From Octopus sinensis (Eukaryota), in the NCBI RefSeq assembly GCF_006345805.1, contig NC_042997.1, positions 180,358,001-180,422,000 of the forward strand: DNA of 64,000 nucleotides, in the 5' to 3' direction. Positions 1 through 13,163 of this stretch are shown here, in pieces. The position numbers and the translations under genes are program-made. The notes under the pieces are model-generated. The model did no database searches and was not told the origin of the DNA. It saw only the letters and a program-made list of their open reading frames with translations. Position 1 is the first letter of the stretch. Each line of letters starts with the position of its first letter.

Positions 1-12
1 ACACACACACAC

Positions 13-107
<95 letters not shown>

Positions 108-120
108 CATACATATATAC

Positions 121-266
121 GGCGGGTTTCTTTCAGTTTCCGTCTACCAAATCCACCCAGAAGGATATAGTAGAAGACACTTGCCCATGGTGGCACGCAG
201 TGGGACTGAACCCGGATCCATGTGGTTGGTAAGCAAGCTACTTACCACACAGCCACTCCTATGCCT
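121..266 (-). mobile_element. tRNA-derived SINE family 1 (CORE-like), 5' part
   Basis: Reverse complement matches the family-1 head also seen at 18100-18483 and 54536-54901 (ggc(g/a)taggagtggctgtgtggtaag...gggttcagtcccactgcgt...gggcaagtgtcttct). Confidence 0.85.
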
Positions 267-1507
267 AATGTATATACTAATGCATTCATACACACATACA
301 TGGATAGGGGTTTCGTACGTGTGTATGTGTGTGTGCGCGCGCATGTGTGTGTTTCTGAGTGCATGCGTGTGTATGTGAGAAAGGGTGTGAAAGTGTATGA
401 TGAGTTTGCGAAAGCTGGAATGGAATTTACATACGTTTCAGAAACATGCATGTGCGTCTGTGAAAGCGTGCATGTAAATGTGAGAATTGAAGGGATTACG
501 TGCATACAATTAATTAAGCGTTTAAAAAATACTACTACCTCGCAATAAGAAAAGCATTTCAATTGATAGTCCGTTGTACATATTTATTATGTTGCTCTTA
601 TTCTCATTATAAATTTAGTATTTCATATAAAGTGGTTTTCGTTTCCAAATAAATAAACAGAATAACTAGCATGTGTCATACGTCACACACACACACATGC
701 ACAGGAACACACATACGCTCACACACATACACACACACACCCACACTCGTGTATAGCTATGAGTATTTGTTTGTGTTTAATAAGGAGCCCGTGTATTGTT
801 TTCTATAATAACCTGTTCGTCCTAATGGTAACAGCGCGTACATTTTCCTAATTAGAATATTTCTGACGTCACTTTAAATCGAAATGATCCACAAGTATAT
901 CCGCGTTGTTATTCAGATTTAATTCCCAAGAAGACTGCTAATTACAGCTGCTCTGTTTAGAGAAACGAACGAATTCAAGAGTTCTGCTAATTACAGCTGT
1001 CAGGAAAACCACAATATAAAATGTTTAACCAAATAAAAAACAAAATATATATATAAGCGTGTGTATATGCGTGTGAGAGGAAGACACACAGATTGACTGA
1101 CTGACTGACAGATAGACAGGGTTTGAGCATAGAGGAAGATTGTGACGTAGGCAAGACATCCATGGTGCCTAACAGCAATATGAGGCATTCAACGAGTACA
1201 ACTGAATCGAACGAAGAGGCACATACAGAGATTGTGACAGAAGGAATGAAGGAATTATTCTGAAATATATCAGTTTTATATGCTGAACTAATAATATATT
1301 TTATATCATTTACATAAGACTTATTGAGATAAAAAGTCAGAGAGAAATTTTAGTGCAAAAATCATAATTTTGACATGTCTTTGGAACCGTCAAAAGCTTG
1401 TTTATTTTTATGTCTTTATTATTTGTTATTAGTGTTACTTAATATCTTTTGCTAAAATTGCTGTTTCTTTTCAGATATCATCAGAAAAAGTATTTAATTT
1501 TATTAAA

Positions 1508-2390
1508 ATGACAGATTTATCGAACTTTCAAAGAAGTCAAATTGATTGCGCTCGTATGGCAGGCGTTAGCGTAACGAAAACAGCCGAAATGTGATGACAA
1601 CCTTTGAGAAAAATGGAAAAACCTCCTTGTGGAAACAAATCTCCGGAAGAAAACCAAAACTTTCAGAAAGGGACCGTCGGATTCTTACACGAATTGTTAG
1701 GGCGGATCAGAAAAGTACAGCTCCCAAAATTACTGCAGAGCTTAATGACCACCTCGAGAAACCAGTTTACACAAGATCTGTTCGCCGGGAGCTGCATAAA
1801 GCCGGATTTCACTGAAGGGCTGCAATCAGAAAAAACAACTAATTTCAAAAACAAACGTTGCAAAGCGTTTAAAGTGGAAGCACTGGAAGAATGTTATTTT
1901 CTCAGATGAGTCATCCTTTACCTTATTTCCGACTCCTGGCCGAGCATATGTGTGGAGAATTTAAGCATTTCATCTGATCAAATTTATCCTATGGTTGGGG
2001 AAATATTTCCGGAGGGAAACGCACTCTATCAGGATGATAAGGCGCCAATTAACACAGCTAAAGTTGTTCCTGAATGGCACGAGGAACATTCTAGTGAAGT
2101 TGAACATCTTATCTGGCCACCACAGTCTCCAGATCTCATCACTGAACATTTATGGTGAATTTCAGAAAAAACATGTAAGGAGTCGGTATCCTCCACCATT
2201 ATCACCACAAGAACTAGAGATTGTTTTAGCTGAAGAACGGACAAAAATTCCTTTGAAAACAATTCAAACTTTGTACGAGTCCATACCTCGTAGAATTCAA
2301 GCTGTAATTACTGCCATAGGCGAGCCTACCCCGTATTAAAATAAACTTGTTTGAAATTTTAAGGCGATTCCATTATTTTGTCCAACCCCT
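1508..2390 (+). mobile_element. Decayed Tc1-like (DD34E) transposon; frameshifted transposase pseudogene with internal deletion
   Basis: Reads MTDLSNFQRSQI..ARMAG.SVTKTAEM; GRKPKLSERDRRILTRIV; FSDESSFTLF; QDDKAP...WPPQSPDL; YESIPRRIQAVI...PTPY* (ends 2339). Tc1-type right TIR ccattattttgtccaacccct at ~2370-2390; left TIR not found. Confidence 0.9.
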
Positions 2391-2431
2391 CTCTCCCTCT
2401 GTTTCTCTCTCTCTCACACACACACTCTCTC

Positions 2432-2511
<80 letters not shown>

Positions 2512-2736
2512 ATTTTTTTCGGAATGAGATAAAAAAAACCAAGGTTGTGAAGATTATATTTATAAATGTTCTAAAATCTTCACAGCCTTGGTTTTTTTAT
2601 CTCATTCGGGAAAAACAAAATTATATATACACATGCTGATATACGACCTACGTCGGACTCCTTATTCGCATAATGACCGAACCTGGAGCTTAACTATGGT
2701 CTATCCATAGCACTTACTCAGCATATATACATATAT

Positions 2737-2790
<54 letters not shown>

Positions 2791-2791
<1 letters not shown>

Positions 2792-3334
2792 GAACATAAT
2801 CAAAAAGGTTAATAACATAGATTATTATAACCAGTGGCCTAGCACAAAAGACGAATTAGTCATTAGACAAAATATTATTCATATAGAAATATAATAAAGG
2901 GCTCCCAAGTAAGGAAGCCTAGTGCTAGAGACACAAAAAGGGATAAATTCATCGAGAGTGAAAATCAAAAGCATTTACCATTAACGATATATCCCGGAAT
3001 GATCAGTTTCTACCTCTTTCTAGCAAAACAGACATAATATGTTTGCCAAGGCAAGGTTCGTCAGCGGGACGCCTTCGCTAATTCTAGATGCACAGAGCGT
3101 TAGACCATGTTTCGATCTAACAATTTGTAAATCTTAACTTTTCAAACCTCTGCGCAGACGCAAAATATACCCGGCGACATTGGACATGCCGGTAAAAATT
3201 TTACGAACACATTTATCAAGTAGTATGTGAACATAATCAAAAAGTGTAATAACATAGATTATTATTACCAGTGGCCTAGCACAAAAGACGAATTAATCAT
3301 TAGACAAAATATTATTCATATAGAAATATAATAA
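2791..3334 (-). repeat. Family C unit (437-bp period, ~1.25 copies), PLE pseudo-LTR-like, HHR-bearing
   Basis: 107-bp direct repeat at 2791-2897 and 3228-3334. Shares boxes (accag(c/t)ggcct, tagtcat, aaa.catttacc) with arrays A and B. Confidence 0.75.
2992..3069 (-). ncRNA. Type I hammerhead ribozyme, family C
   Basis: Minus strand: UCCCG-CUGACGA-ACCU..long hairpin..AGGU-A-GAAAC-UGAUCA-UUC-CGGGA. Stem I is 5 bp perfect; triplet UUC, probably from GUC. Confidence 0.75.
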
Positions 3335-3429
3335 TATATTTCAAGAGAAATATATGTATGAATGTTTAGGCGTAGATCGCATTTTCAAAATATTTTATAT
3401 ACATATATATATAATATATTTTATATATA

Positions 3430-4400
3430 TATATATATAAAATATTTTGAAAATGCGACCTACGCCTAAACATTGATACATATATTTCTCTTGAAGGGTA
3501 GCTATACACGAATATACATATATAAATACCGCTTTAGACAGAGGGATAAATATCTGAGTGAGAAATTATTGTTATTGCGATTTAATATGTACATATTTAA
3601 CCTTCTGACTATATTTTTTATTCACTTAAACTTTCTTACTGTAGATAGTTTCTCTTTAATATTTCTTCCGAGCCGTTAATTATATGAGTAAATTTAAAAG
3701 CAACTCAATAACTAGGTTAGTGTGAATCTATTAGTCATTCCCTTTTTACATATTATTACTCTGACTTACATTTATAGAAGCAATCATCAGTTAAAAATTG
3801 TTCATTATAACTCGGATAGAGAATCATACGGTGCGATTTGCATATCGCTTTAGTTGGTTTTTTATTGGATAATCTACTGCCAAATCAGAGATCTATATCA
3901 ACTTGTTTTAATTCTGTTTGAGTGCTTCATTCTAAATAATGAATTAATTTTACTCTGATGATGAGAGTTAGAAATGCACTCTTGCTTTGCAGTCTGGGTT
4001 AATGTCTTTTATTTCAGATGTGGAATATATCCTTTCTACAGAGATTTTCGAAAAGATTGTGTAAATGTTTTTGGTTAAGGCTAAAATGAACAAAGTCATT
4101 TTAAAATAAATGTCTTTTCCTTGAATCGAATTAATGTGCCAGTCAATTATTTTTGTCCTTTTTACTTGTGAATTTAATCGTGTATTTGATATTTCAATAT
4201 TTCGTAATTACACTCAATTTCTTGAGAAGACAGACTAGTAAGTATTTGTTCTTCACAAAGATTGACATGAGAGCGAGAGACTCCAGAGCTATGACATAGA
4301 GGAACTGGTGCGACTTGGACATTTCAGTCAGCACGCAATTGTCGTTACGGGTACTAATGAGATATATCATTACAAGCATTACAGAGAAATATTCTTATTT
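3430..4400 (-). pseudogene. Heavily decayed Penelope-like element RT / GIY-YIG ORF remnant
   Basis: Manual translation across frameshifts gives DFVHFSLN, LSSSE...NEALKQ, YPIKNQLKRYANRTV.FSIRVIMNNF.LMIASIN and C-terminal SREIYVSMFRRRSHF. These resemble the PLE thumb/linker (LSS.EE.F; HFP...KIFNRNTVK.SYS..N) and terminus. Weak, many stops. Confidence 0.5.
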
Positions 4401-5359
4401 CACTAACATCATCGCAGAGTCGTCATATTACATATATGTCTGTGGTCTTAATACAAGCATTACAAACTGAGTAGCCTCATTAAGAACAAAACCCATCTGT
4501 GTCATTACAGACAACTTTGAAATATTTTATTGTCAGGGAAACCGAGTATTACAATCAAAATGTTGTATTGTGTATTACAATCAACACACACTGCTTCGTT
4601 GAATACATCGCTTACTATTGCCAAGCTGTATCTATACAAATGCCTCTTCTTTGATACAATGCATCGAATATTAAGATGCTATTCGTTATTACAACCATGA
4701 ATTAGATGCCCCTATACGAAATACTATCTCCTATCGAATATCACAGAGACGTTTGACTCCCACGATGTTTTTACATTAAGGATGATCCATAAGTGGCTAT
4801 TTTAATATGCTACGTCATTGTGTGTATAATGCATTTTTACTTAGCTGAATGTTTATACACAACGGCGGCCACAGTTTTTTGCTGAATGCAAACGTGGTGA
4901 TGGATGTTATCTCTGCGTGTTGGTAGTACACGTTAATGATAGTACTTCAGGTGACAGTGATGTATCTAAAAATCCAATCTATTTATAGATATTTTAATGC
5001 ATAGCTACGCGCGTTTCCACAACTCCCATGTTTCTTACGATCATAGTCCTGGGATAATAACAGTGCATTCCCATCTCCCTCTGAGATACACAAAATATTT
5101 GCACCTCCCTCTGAGATACACATATTTTATTTTCATGCAATGTGCGTCCGTAGGAGATACTATTTCCAAACGAACACCACCTTAATTATAACCTACCACA
5201 ATCTAAGCACATGTTAGTCCAATATTGATGCTCTTACGTATAATTGAAACGTATTAAAACATCTTTCTCCCTCGATATTTATTTATGAAACACGATTTCT
5301 TATTAAAATGAAGGACTCTCAATACGTTACAGTACAGTTCATATTTCATAATTTTACAA

Positions 5360-5412
5360 GGAAAAGTTGTCGGGCACAACGAAGTTTTGGTTTCTTCGCC
5401 TTCATCAGAGAG
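5360..5412 (-). ncRNA. Possible decayed hammerhead remnant
   Basis: CUGAUGA-A-GGC..CGAAG/CUUCG hairpin..GCC-C-GACAAC; GAAA is broken and stem I is not recognisable. Confidence 0.25.
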
Positions 5413-6307
5413 TCCTTTATTCGGGTTTATATAGTCTTTTGGCAAGTTGCCTTTTTATAAGCGGAGCAATGTAACTGGTATTTAGGCGGAGCTTCTGTTT
5501 ACTGAGGGCGGCGTTGTGTAGAGAGTGAGTGTGGAAGTTATTTGAAAAGTATGTGCTTGCCGGATGTAGAGTGAAAGACAGTTATGATTAGGGGATATAT
5601 TTTCGTCTGATGTATAAATTTGACAATTCATTACGCTTCAGTCACATTTGGAATCAAAGATGGAAATAACGTAAATAAATGTGTCAAAAATAGCTCATGA
5701 TACTATGTGGGTGAAAGTTGCCTTGTACTTGAAGGTTGAAAAACGAATGTTTCTACATAAGTCAGATGCTCAAAGACAACAGGTGACAATGAGATTAAAT
5801 GGGTGTAGAGTCCTAAATTTTCTATGAATTTTAAACTGGGTTCATGTGGTACGTGAGACTTCAAAAGGCTACCACACTATCAATAATTATTAGGTTTCCT
5901 ATCTTCTGATAGCGTTGTATTTATATTTACACATTGCTATAGACAATACTATAATGTGAATATATTACTTTGACAGTAAGAAACAATGGAAGACACTTTG
6001 ACATTTCTAGCCTACGCACTTCTACAGAAAGTAATTAGGAAAGAAAAATATGCAGTAAAGTAAAGTAGAGAATGTGAACAAGTTGTTACTAGAACACAAT
6101 GGGATAACGTATAATTCATTCTAAGTATATGTGTACATGTCTATGTGTTTATACATATGCGTGTGAGCGTGATAAGGTATATATATATATATATATATAT
6201 ATACCGGAGTAAACACATAAATGTGAAACAAGGTGGAAAAAAGAGTACTCAAATACCAGTGGTAGAGTAATATGCCTTATTTTAAGCAGCAGAAAATTCA
6301 ACAAAAT

Positions 6308-6345
6308 CTGTTACTCTGAGTTTCTCGTTGCCGTTCATCAGACAG
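6308..6345 (-). ncRNA. Minimal type I hammerhead ribozyme
   Basis: CUGU-CUGAUGA-A-CG-GCAA-CG-A-GAAA-CUCAGAG-UA-ACAG: 4-bp stem I, GNRA-capped 2-bp stem II, GUA triplet. Confidence 0.7.
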
Positions 6346-6512
6346 TTTTTGCTACCAAAAACTGTCTGATGCCAAATAAACACACGCACTGTATATTCGT
6401 TCTTCATTCGCTCATTACTGTTCTTATTCTAACTCGTCATACATCTGTAACCTCCTCAGTGACACTTGACGTCTTGTTGTGTGCTCTTGGCCTGCTTATT
6501 CCATTCCAATGG

Positions 6513-6562
<50 letters not shown>

Positions 6563-6652
6563 GAGAGAGAGAGAGACATATAGTGATATATATTTATATA
6601 TAGCAATACACACACACACACACACATAATAATATATTTTGATATAATCACA

Positions 6653-6692
6653 ACTGTCTGACGAACCGGAACGTAAAACTTAAAGTAGCAGT
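6653..6692 (+). ncRNA. Degenerate minimal type I hammerhead
   Basis: ACUGU-CUGACGA-accggaacgu-AAAAC-UUAAAG-UA-GCAGU; stem I intact, G12 mutated to A. Confidence 0.5.
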
Positions 6693-6809
6693 TCTTTGTG
6701 ATATTTTTGAGAATATTTTGCTGTATTAATAATTAAGTCTATTAAGCTACCTCCTGTATTCAAGTAGTATTTTCGCACACCCTGTTTAAAATTTATGTTC
6801 CTATATATA

Positions 6810-7255
6810 TATTCATACAGCGTGCGATAGGTAAACTTAGCCATATTTTTTTTTTATTTAGAGTATGCATATTGTTTTTTTTTTATTTTGTCAACTACAC
6901 AGTATAGTAGGGTCAGCTGGGAAACGTCTATGAAACAAACAGCACCATGATGCGATACAGTCAGCCCAAACTTTGGAATCGACACACTGTACCGCTTGGC
7001 ATTCGAGCCAGAAGCTCTGATAGGAACATTTCAGAGTGTTTGGATGTCACTTTGAGGACAGTGCAATTTGAAGACATGTACCGAGAGTGATAAAAGTCAA
7101 ACTTCCAGTCAACGTCTTGGCATTTGGTGTGATCACGAGCGATGGCGACGTTATGCCTACATTCGTCACCCATAGGGCCCCAGACTCAACACGCAGGCTG
7201 TCACCACGTGCCTGGTGCAGGTAGTGCTCCTCTGTGTCAGGAAGGTAGCTAAATA
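6810..7255 (+). mobile_element. Internally deleted Tc1/mariner (DD37D/maT-like) relic
   Basis: Translates FGVITSDGDVMP.F..H..RLNTQA...CL.QVVL; homologous to 27300-28106. Confidence 0.7.
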
Positions 7256-7349
7256 GATAAATATATTGAGCCCCCAGCTATTTATTATACATCCACTTTT
7301 ATATTACTCCTTGTGTATAAGCTTTCCATTTTCCATGAATTCTTTCCAG

Positions 7350-9150
7350 AGTATAGAATCTGAACTTTTTCATTTAATTGTGTTTTATTCAAACTACCAC
7401 ATATTTTGCCGTTATTTTATGCATTTTACTTCAGAATACAGTCATGGTATTTTTGTCGCGATCAAATTGTTTCTTTATGTTAGCAGATTTGTATCTTACG
7501 CTTCTCCGTGAATAGTGCTTTTTTGCATTATAATTTTCCGATTTGCTCACTCCTAACGGCTATTTGTCAAGTGAGGGAAAGCTTTGCCAATAGCTTGGCA
7601 GTGCATATTGTTATTCTATTTCCTATTTAGGTTTTAGTTTTTCTATCCTCTTCATTAGTGTATATTACCACGACGTCTGTTTTGTTTTTGCTCGTTTCTT
7701 TGAAGTCATAGTTTTAGTTCTGTTCTATATGTTTTTTTATGTATTTTCCTTTATTGTTTACTTTACATTTTTGAAACCCTCCTTACATGTATCAAAATAG
7801 CTTTCTAGTTGTCGAAGATCCTTACTTTGCGGTATACGTGATAAAAATATTCTTTCTGCATCACGGCCTCTGTAGCGAATTCTAAATGTAGTCATTTTTA
7901 TTTTCCTGTCTGGTTTTCCTAATTCACTTTACATCCATTTTAGGATATTATAACTATAACTTATTACTAGAAGAGATTGGGTATTGATGCATATTATCTT
8001 CTTTTTGACATTTAGGTCTGTTTTAAGTATTAATCTAATGCGTCTGTAAAATTCCTTCCTGATCTTTTCATTTATGCGTGTGCTTCGAACTATGTTTCGT
8101 TCATTAATTCCTAAGTATTTAAGCGTGTGCTTAGTTTTAATTCTTTTATCTGTTTCTTTATCATTTACGATAATAGTCGGTTTTAATAATAAGTCTCTCA
8201 CCTATTTTTCTAAAGTAGCATTCCTTAAAATTTTTCAAGTTAATTCGTGCATTCTGTGTTCAGTTGTCAATTATGAATATTGAGCATACGATTTACCTAA
8301 AATTCATGTAGTCATACAATGTTTCTTTCTGAACTATTATATATATTTGATCTCTTAACAAAAGGATGAAAACAAGTAGATGGAATATGTCCTTTCGTAA
8401 GTCAATTTCAAACAGGATACAGTTTGTTTTTAAATTTCTACTATAGTTTCGGCCTGCAGTACTTGTTACTTATCGATAACATGTTTGTCATAATGAATTT
8501 TACTAGTACCACCTTACATATATTTATACTTAACAGAAAATACGAATGGGAATCACGGTCAGAAGTTTTCTAAAATAGTAACTCTATGAACAAGGTTCAG
8601 CTATAATAATCATAATGCCATCTTTACAAACACAAGAGACTTTGCAACGTCCATGTCTTTCGTTTTCGAGAGAATACTATTATCTATGGAATTACCTATC
8701 ATATCCAATATTGTTCCAGTTAAAGATTTCATTATTCTACATCATATCTCTGTAGTGATCATAGTCTACAGTTTGCTTAATTGTGGTTTCCCACTATTGT
8801 TATTGCCACTTCCGATTTACAACAAATATATTTGCTTGTATTTCTTGGGTGATTTCTTAAATATTTCAGCCAGAAGTTTTAGATTTTATCACTCTTCTCT
8901 ATTTTACACTTGTCCATTTTACTTGACATCTACACTAAAGCATGTTCTGCACTTACTGCTTTGAACCTTTTCGTATATACCAATTCATCTCCAGTTCGAG
9001 TATTTTCTCAAAACTTGTCTACTTCTGTTGCTGTTGGCGCGGTATTGATTTAATTTGTTTTTAACGTTCTGGATGGAATGCAGTTTTATAATGCAGTCAA
9101 ACGTTTATCTGCGTTCAAAGAAATACTTTCGTATTTCAGAACATTGAAAT
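7350..9150 (-). mobile_element. Decayed R4/Dong-like (RLE) non-LTR retrotransposon RT fragment
   Basis: ORF 7929-8201 reads LKYLGINE...KIRKEFYRRIRLILKTDLN...IICIN...VISYSYNILKW, similar to the copy at 36830-37000. Flanking limits are approximate. Confidence 0.7.
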
Positions 9151-9674
9151 TTTCGCCTGCATCTAGTATATGCCTGTATGCGTGCGTATGCTAGTATGTG
9201 CGTGGGTGTGAATGTGTGTTTGTGCGTGTCTGTGTGTCTATGTCTATATGTGTGTGTGTTTATGCTTGTGCGTGAAAGTGCCTGTTTACTTGTGTATGTA
9301 TGTGTGTGGGATGCAGCGAATACATCTTCTTTCGAGCATTATTTGATTTCCAGAACTTTTCCCCTTTTGCTGTGTTGCGTTTTTGTACATTTTGTTGAAT
9401 ATGATTTTGTTTTCTTTTAAATTTCAATATTTTAAAATTTTATAAGTTTCAGAGAATTTTTTCATGTATACCTTCTGGATGTGTGCATATTTCTTTTCAG
9501 ATTGAATATAGAAATGATCAGTTCTAAAAGAATAACCGTTTTCGTTTGCAGTTGTACCCGTTGATATATAGATTACGTCATTTATCGTCGGAATAACCAC
9601 AATCACAAGTTTTTCTGCGAACTCTAAGATAGTCAACTACCAACTTATTTATGAGTGTATTTTATCGTTTAGGT

Positions 9675-9970
9675 CAGGAATGAGCAACTTTTCTCGAGAA
9701 AAGAGCCATTATGAAGCGGGCCGCATTTCAAAGGAATTCATGATGTGCACCGTTCAGAACGCCCGGTCACAGACTGTTTATCACTGGTTTAGGCTTATCA
9801 TTTGGAGTATCAACCGTTTAACTATTCAAATTAGGGTGATTTTTTTTTAAGTAATATATTCATTGTTAGCCGCGAACAAGCTTACATTCTAGGAACTTAT
9901 TTTTCATAAGTCCATATATTTTCGGACTTTCGACGTAAAGACATTTTCATCGCGTACTTGCTCATCGCCT
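9675..9970. mobile_element. Possible hAT-like MITE
   Basis: Imperfect TIRs caggaatgagcaa / ttgctcatcgcct and an internal gggccgca; no TSD recognised. Confidence 0.35.
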
Positions 9971-10054
9971 TCTGGTGATGCGAAATTTGGTTCATGCAAG
10001 GTCACGTACCTTCATACACGCGTATATATTTTTAAATATATGTGTGCGTGTGTG

Positions 10055-10056
<2 letters not shown>

Positions 10057-10152
<96 letters not shown>

Positions 10153-10164
10153 CTAGACAGATAT

Positions 10165-10252
<88 letters not shown>
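10057..10252 (+). repeat. (TAGA)n microsatellite
   Basis: Direct reading. Confidence 0.95.
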
Positions 10253-10253
<1 letters not shown>

Positions 10254-11101
10254 GGGAGGGAGGGAGAGAAATGAAGTGAGACTGAAACAGAAAATTATTC
10301 GAAGACATAAGAGAGAGAAAATAATATAAAAGCTTATCAGACAAAATCAACATAAAAATTTCGAGCACAAACATAAAACCAATTCAGTTAAGAATATGAA
10401 TGTAAAACCATAGTAAAAACATTTACTTCCTGCACCACAAAAGCAAAAACATAAGAATAAAATACCAAAAAAATATGATCAAGACTTCCCAAGATGCAGT
10501 CAGATAAACACTACTTGCAAACACACACATAACAATAACAACACACATACGAAAAAAATAAATTCAAGATTACAAAATGATCAAAATATACAAATCCTAA
10601 AAAAGGACAAATATCACATATACTAAATCAGGAAATATTAACAACAACAACAACAAAAATCCCACCTCTCTATCAACAACAAAAATCAGTCTGTTTATTG
10701 ACAATTCGAAAAATTAATCTAGTTGTCTTAATAACAGATCCTTTAAGATTCAACAGAAATTGATCTGTGATAGATATCTTGTGCTATCGAACAAAGTGGT
10801 TGTCCTATTTAATTCATTGTAAGGTAAGCTATTACTATAAATGTGGCTGGCTACATCTGATGTTATGTCAAGGACTGCTAGCAAAAACATTTTAAGAATA
10901 TTCACGTCAGGTACGTAGTGAGCTCAATTTCTGAGAGAGAAATCAATAAGAGATGTGACTAACATTTCTGTTCGTGGTAAAATAATTTGCAAATATACGC
11001 AAGGAAACGCATACTTCACTTAAACATGCCCAATACACTAAATACATATGAGTGTCTGTGTGTGCGTATATACATATAAATATTTATTTATGTACATATG
11101 A

Positions 11102-11161
<60 letters not shown>

Positions 11162-11240
11162 CATATGTGTGTATGTATGAATTTATATATACATGTGTGT
11201 GCATGAATATTTATATATATATATATATATGTATGTATAT

Positions 11241-11312
<72 letters not shown>

Positions 11313-11372
11313 CATACACACGTATCTAAACATATTCAGGCGTATGTAATATAGACAGATATACGTAGGTAA

Positions 11373-11410
<38 letters not shown>

Positions 11411-11918
11411 ATCTTTTGTGACTTGAATGTATATGGTGGTTTTTCTTACTTTCGTAAAAACTTCCCGGCAGTATCCACACACTGATTTCCATTTAATTAT
11501 CTACATTTTTGCTGGGTAAAAAACTTCCACACTTATGTATTTCAAGAAATAGATGCAAATCCGTTTAAAATCGTTCAACGGTATTTCTTTTCACTATTCC
11601 GTGTAAGAAGTTAGAAATATAATTGCAAGTGTAGGTCAAAATTACTACTCACTCATTCTTTGGTCAATTATATTCTACAGAAGTCTGTTTCTTATCGGAT
11701 ATTTTTCTTATGTTTATAAATATTTGACACCTAATAATATATGTCAAGTGCAATTAAAAACTTCCGTGCAGGTTTGAAACTAAAATGTCTGGAATTCTGA
11801 AATTGCCTCAGTTATAACACACGGTTTCAGATTAAATTACTCACAAGAACAAAACGGAAAATGCCGAAAGCGCTTAAATTAATTTTGATTCAATAATACT
11901 TTAAACTAATAAACAGAC

Positions 11919-12072
11919 GAGGTTGGGTGGTAGAAGCCAGCTTCTGAACTACATGTTACCAGGATCAGCCCCACTGCTTAGTACATTGAGTAACTGGCTT
12001 CTTCTATATCCTCGGAACGGTCAAAGATTTGTGAGTGGATTTGATAGATGGAAACTGTAAGAAACTCGTCAT
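11919..12072 (+). mobile_element. SINE family 1, diverged 5' part
   Basis: gtgagtggatttgatagatggaaactgtaagaa matches the family-1 body. Confidence 0.65.
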
Positions 12073-12450
12073 ATGTATGTATTATATATGTGTGTATGTG
12101 TGTGTCATGTGTGTGCTTTATTGTGGTTGAAAACAAACTTCTTACCACGCTTGCCCCTATATTCGCACGGCAACACCTGCGCCTATATATATATATATAT
12201 TATATATATATATATATATATAATATATATATAATAGTCAATTTAGGGTAGCAAAAAATTCAATAGAAATTTATCGCAACCAGCGGCCTGGTGAAAAAAG
12301 AAAATAGTCATCGACTAAATATATAATATAACGATTTAGGAGTGACCCCAACAGGTCACTCGTCCACCAGAAAGAGCAGCATACTCCACAACCGCCAAGT
12401 ATTATTAATTCAGAAATTAGGTGAAAATTTAAAAACATTTACCTAATTCA

Positions 12451-12552
12451 TCTTTAGACTTTGCAACGTTTCCTGTGTCCATTAATGATTAAATTAGCTT
12501 AATTAAATTAAATTAAGCCAATCTACCATAGGTTACACTTCATCAGTAAAGA
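12451..12552 (-). ncRNA. Type I hammerhead ribozyme, family A
   Basis: UCUUUA-CUGAUGA...GAAAC-GUUGCAAA-GUC-UAAAGA; one substitution in stem III. Confidence 0.8.
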
Positions 12553-13163
12553 CCTGGGAGAGACAAATATACACGAGGCGTCTGTATCGAAGCCTACGGG
12601 ATATCTGACTTAAAATTTTCAAGACTGACGTATTAACGCCAAACTTATCAACAGTAAATATAAACTGCCGATTCAATCTCAGAATTATTCAGAAAATTAT
12701 CAATTAGTCAATTTAGGGTAGCAAAAAATTCAATAGAAATTTATCGCAACCAGCGGCCTGGTGAAAAAGAGAAAATAGTCATCGACTAAATATATAAATA
12801 TAACGATTTAGGAGTGACCCCAACAGGTCACTCGTCCACCAGAAAGAGCAGCCATAACTCACACCGCCAAGTATTATTAATTCAGAAATTAGGTGAAAAT
12901 TTAAAAACATTTACCCTAATTCATCTTTTAGACGTTGCAACGTTTCTGTGTCCACCAGGCCGCTGGTTGCGATAAATTTCTATTGAATTTTTTGCTACCC
13001 TAAATTGACTAATTGATAATTTTCTGAATAATTCTGAGATTGAATCGGCAGGTTATATTTACTGTTGATAAGTTTGGCGCGAATACGTCAGTCTTGAAAA
13101 TTTTAAGTCAGATATCCCGTAGGCTTCGATACAGACGCCTCGTGTATATTTGTCTCTCCCAGG

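Larger units (their letters stand above)
6205..6790. mobile_element. Rearranged cluster of PLE-type terminal repeat fragments with HHR motifs
   Basis: 6205-6345 (-) is distantly similar to 6653-6775 (+). Perfect 16-bp fold-back at 6336-6351/6356-6371. Confidence 0.55.
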
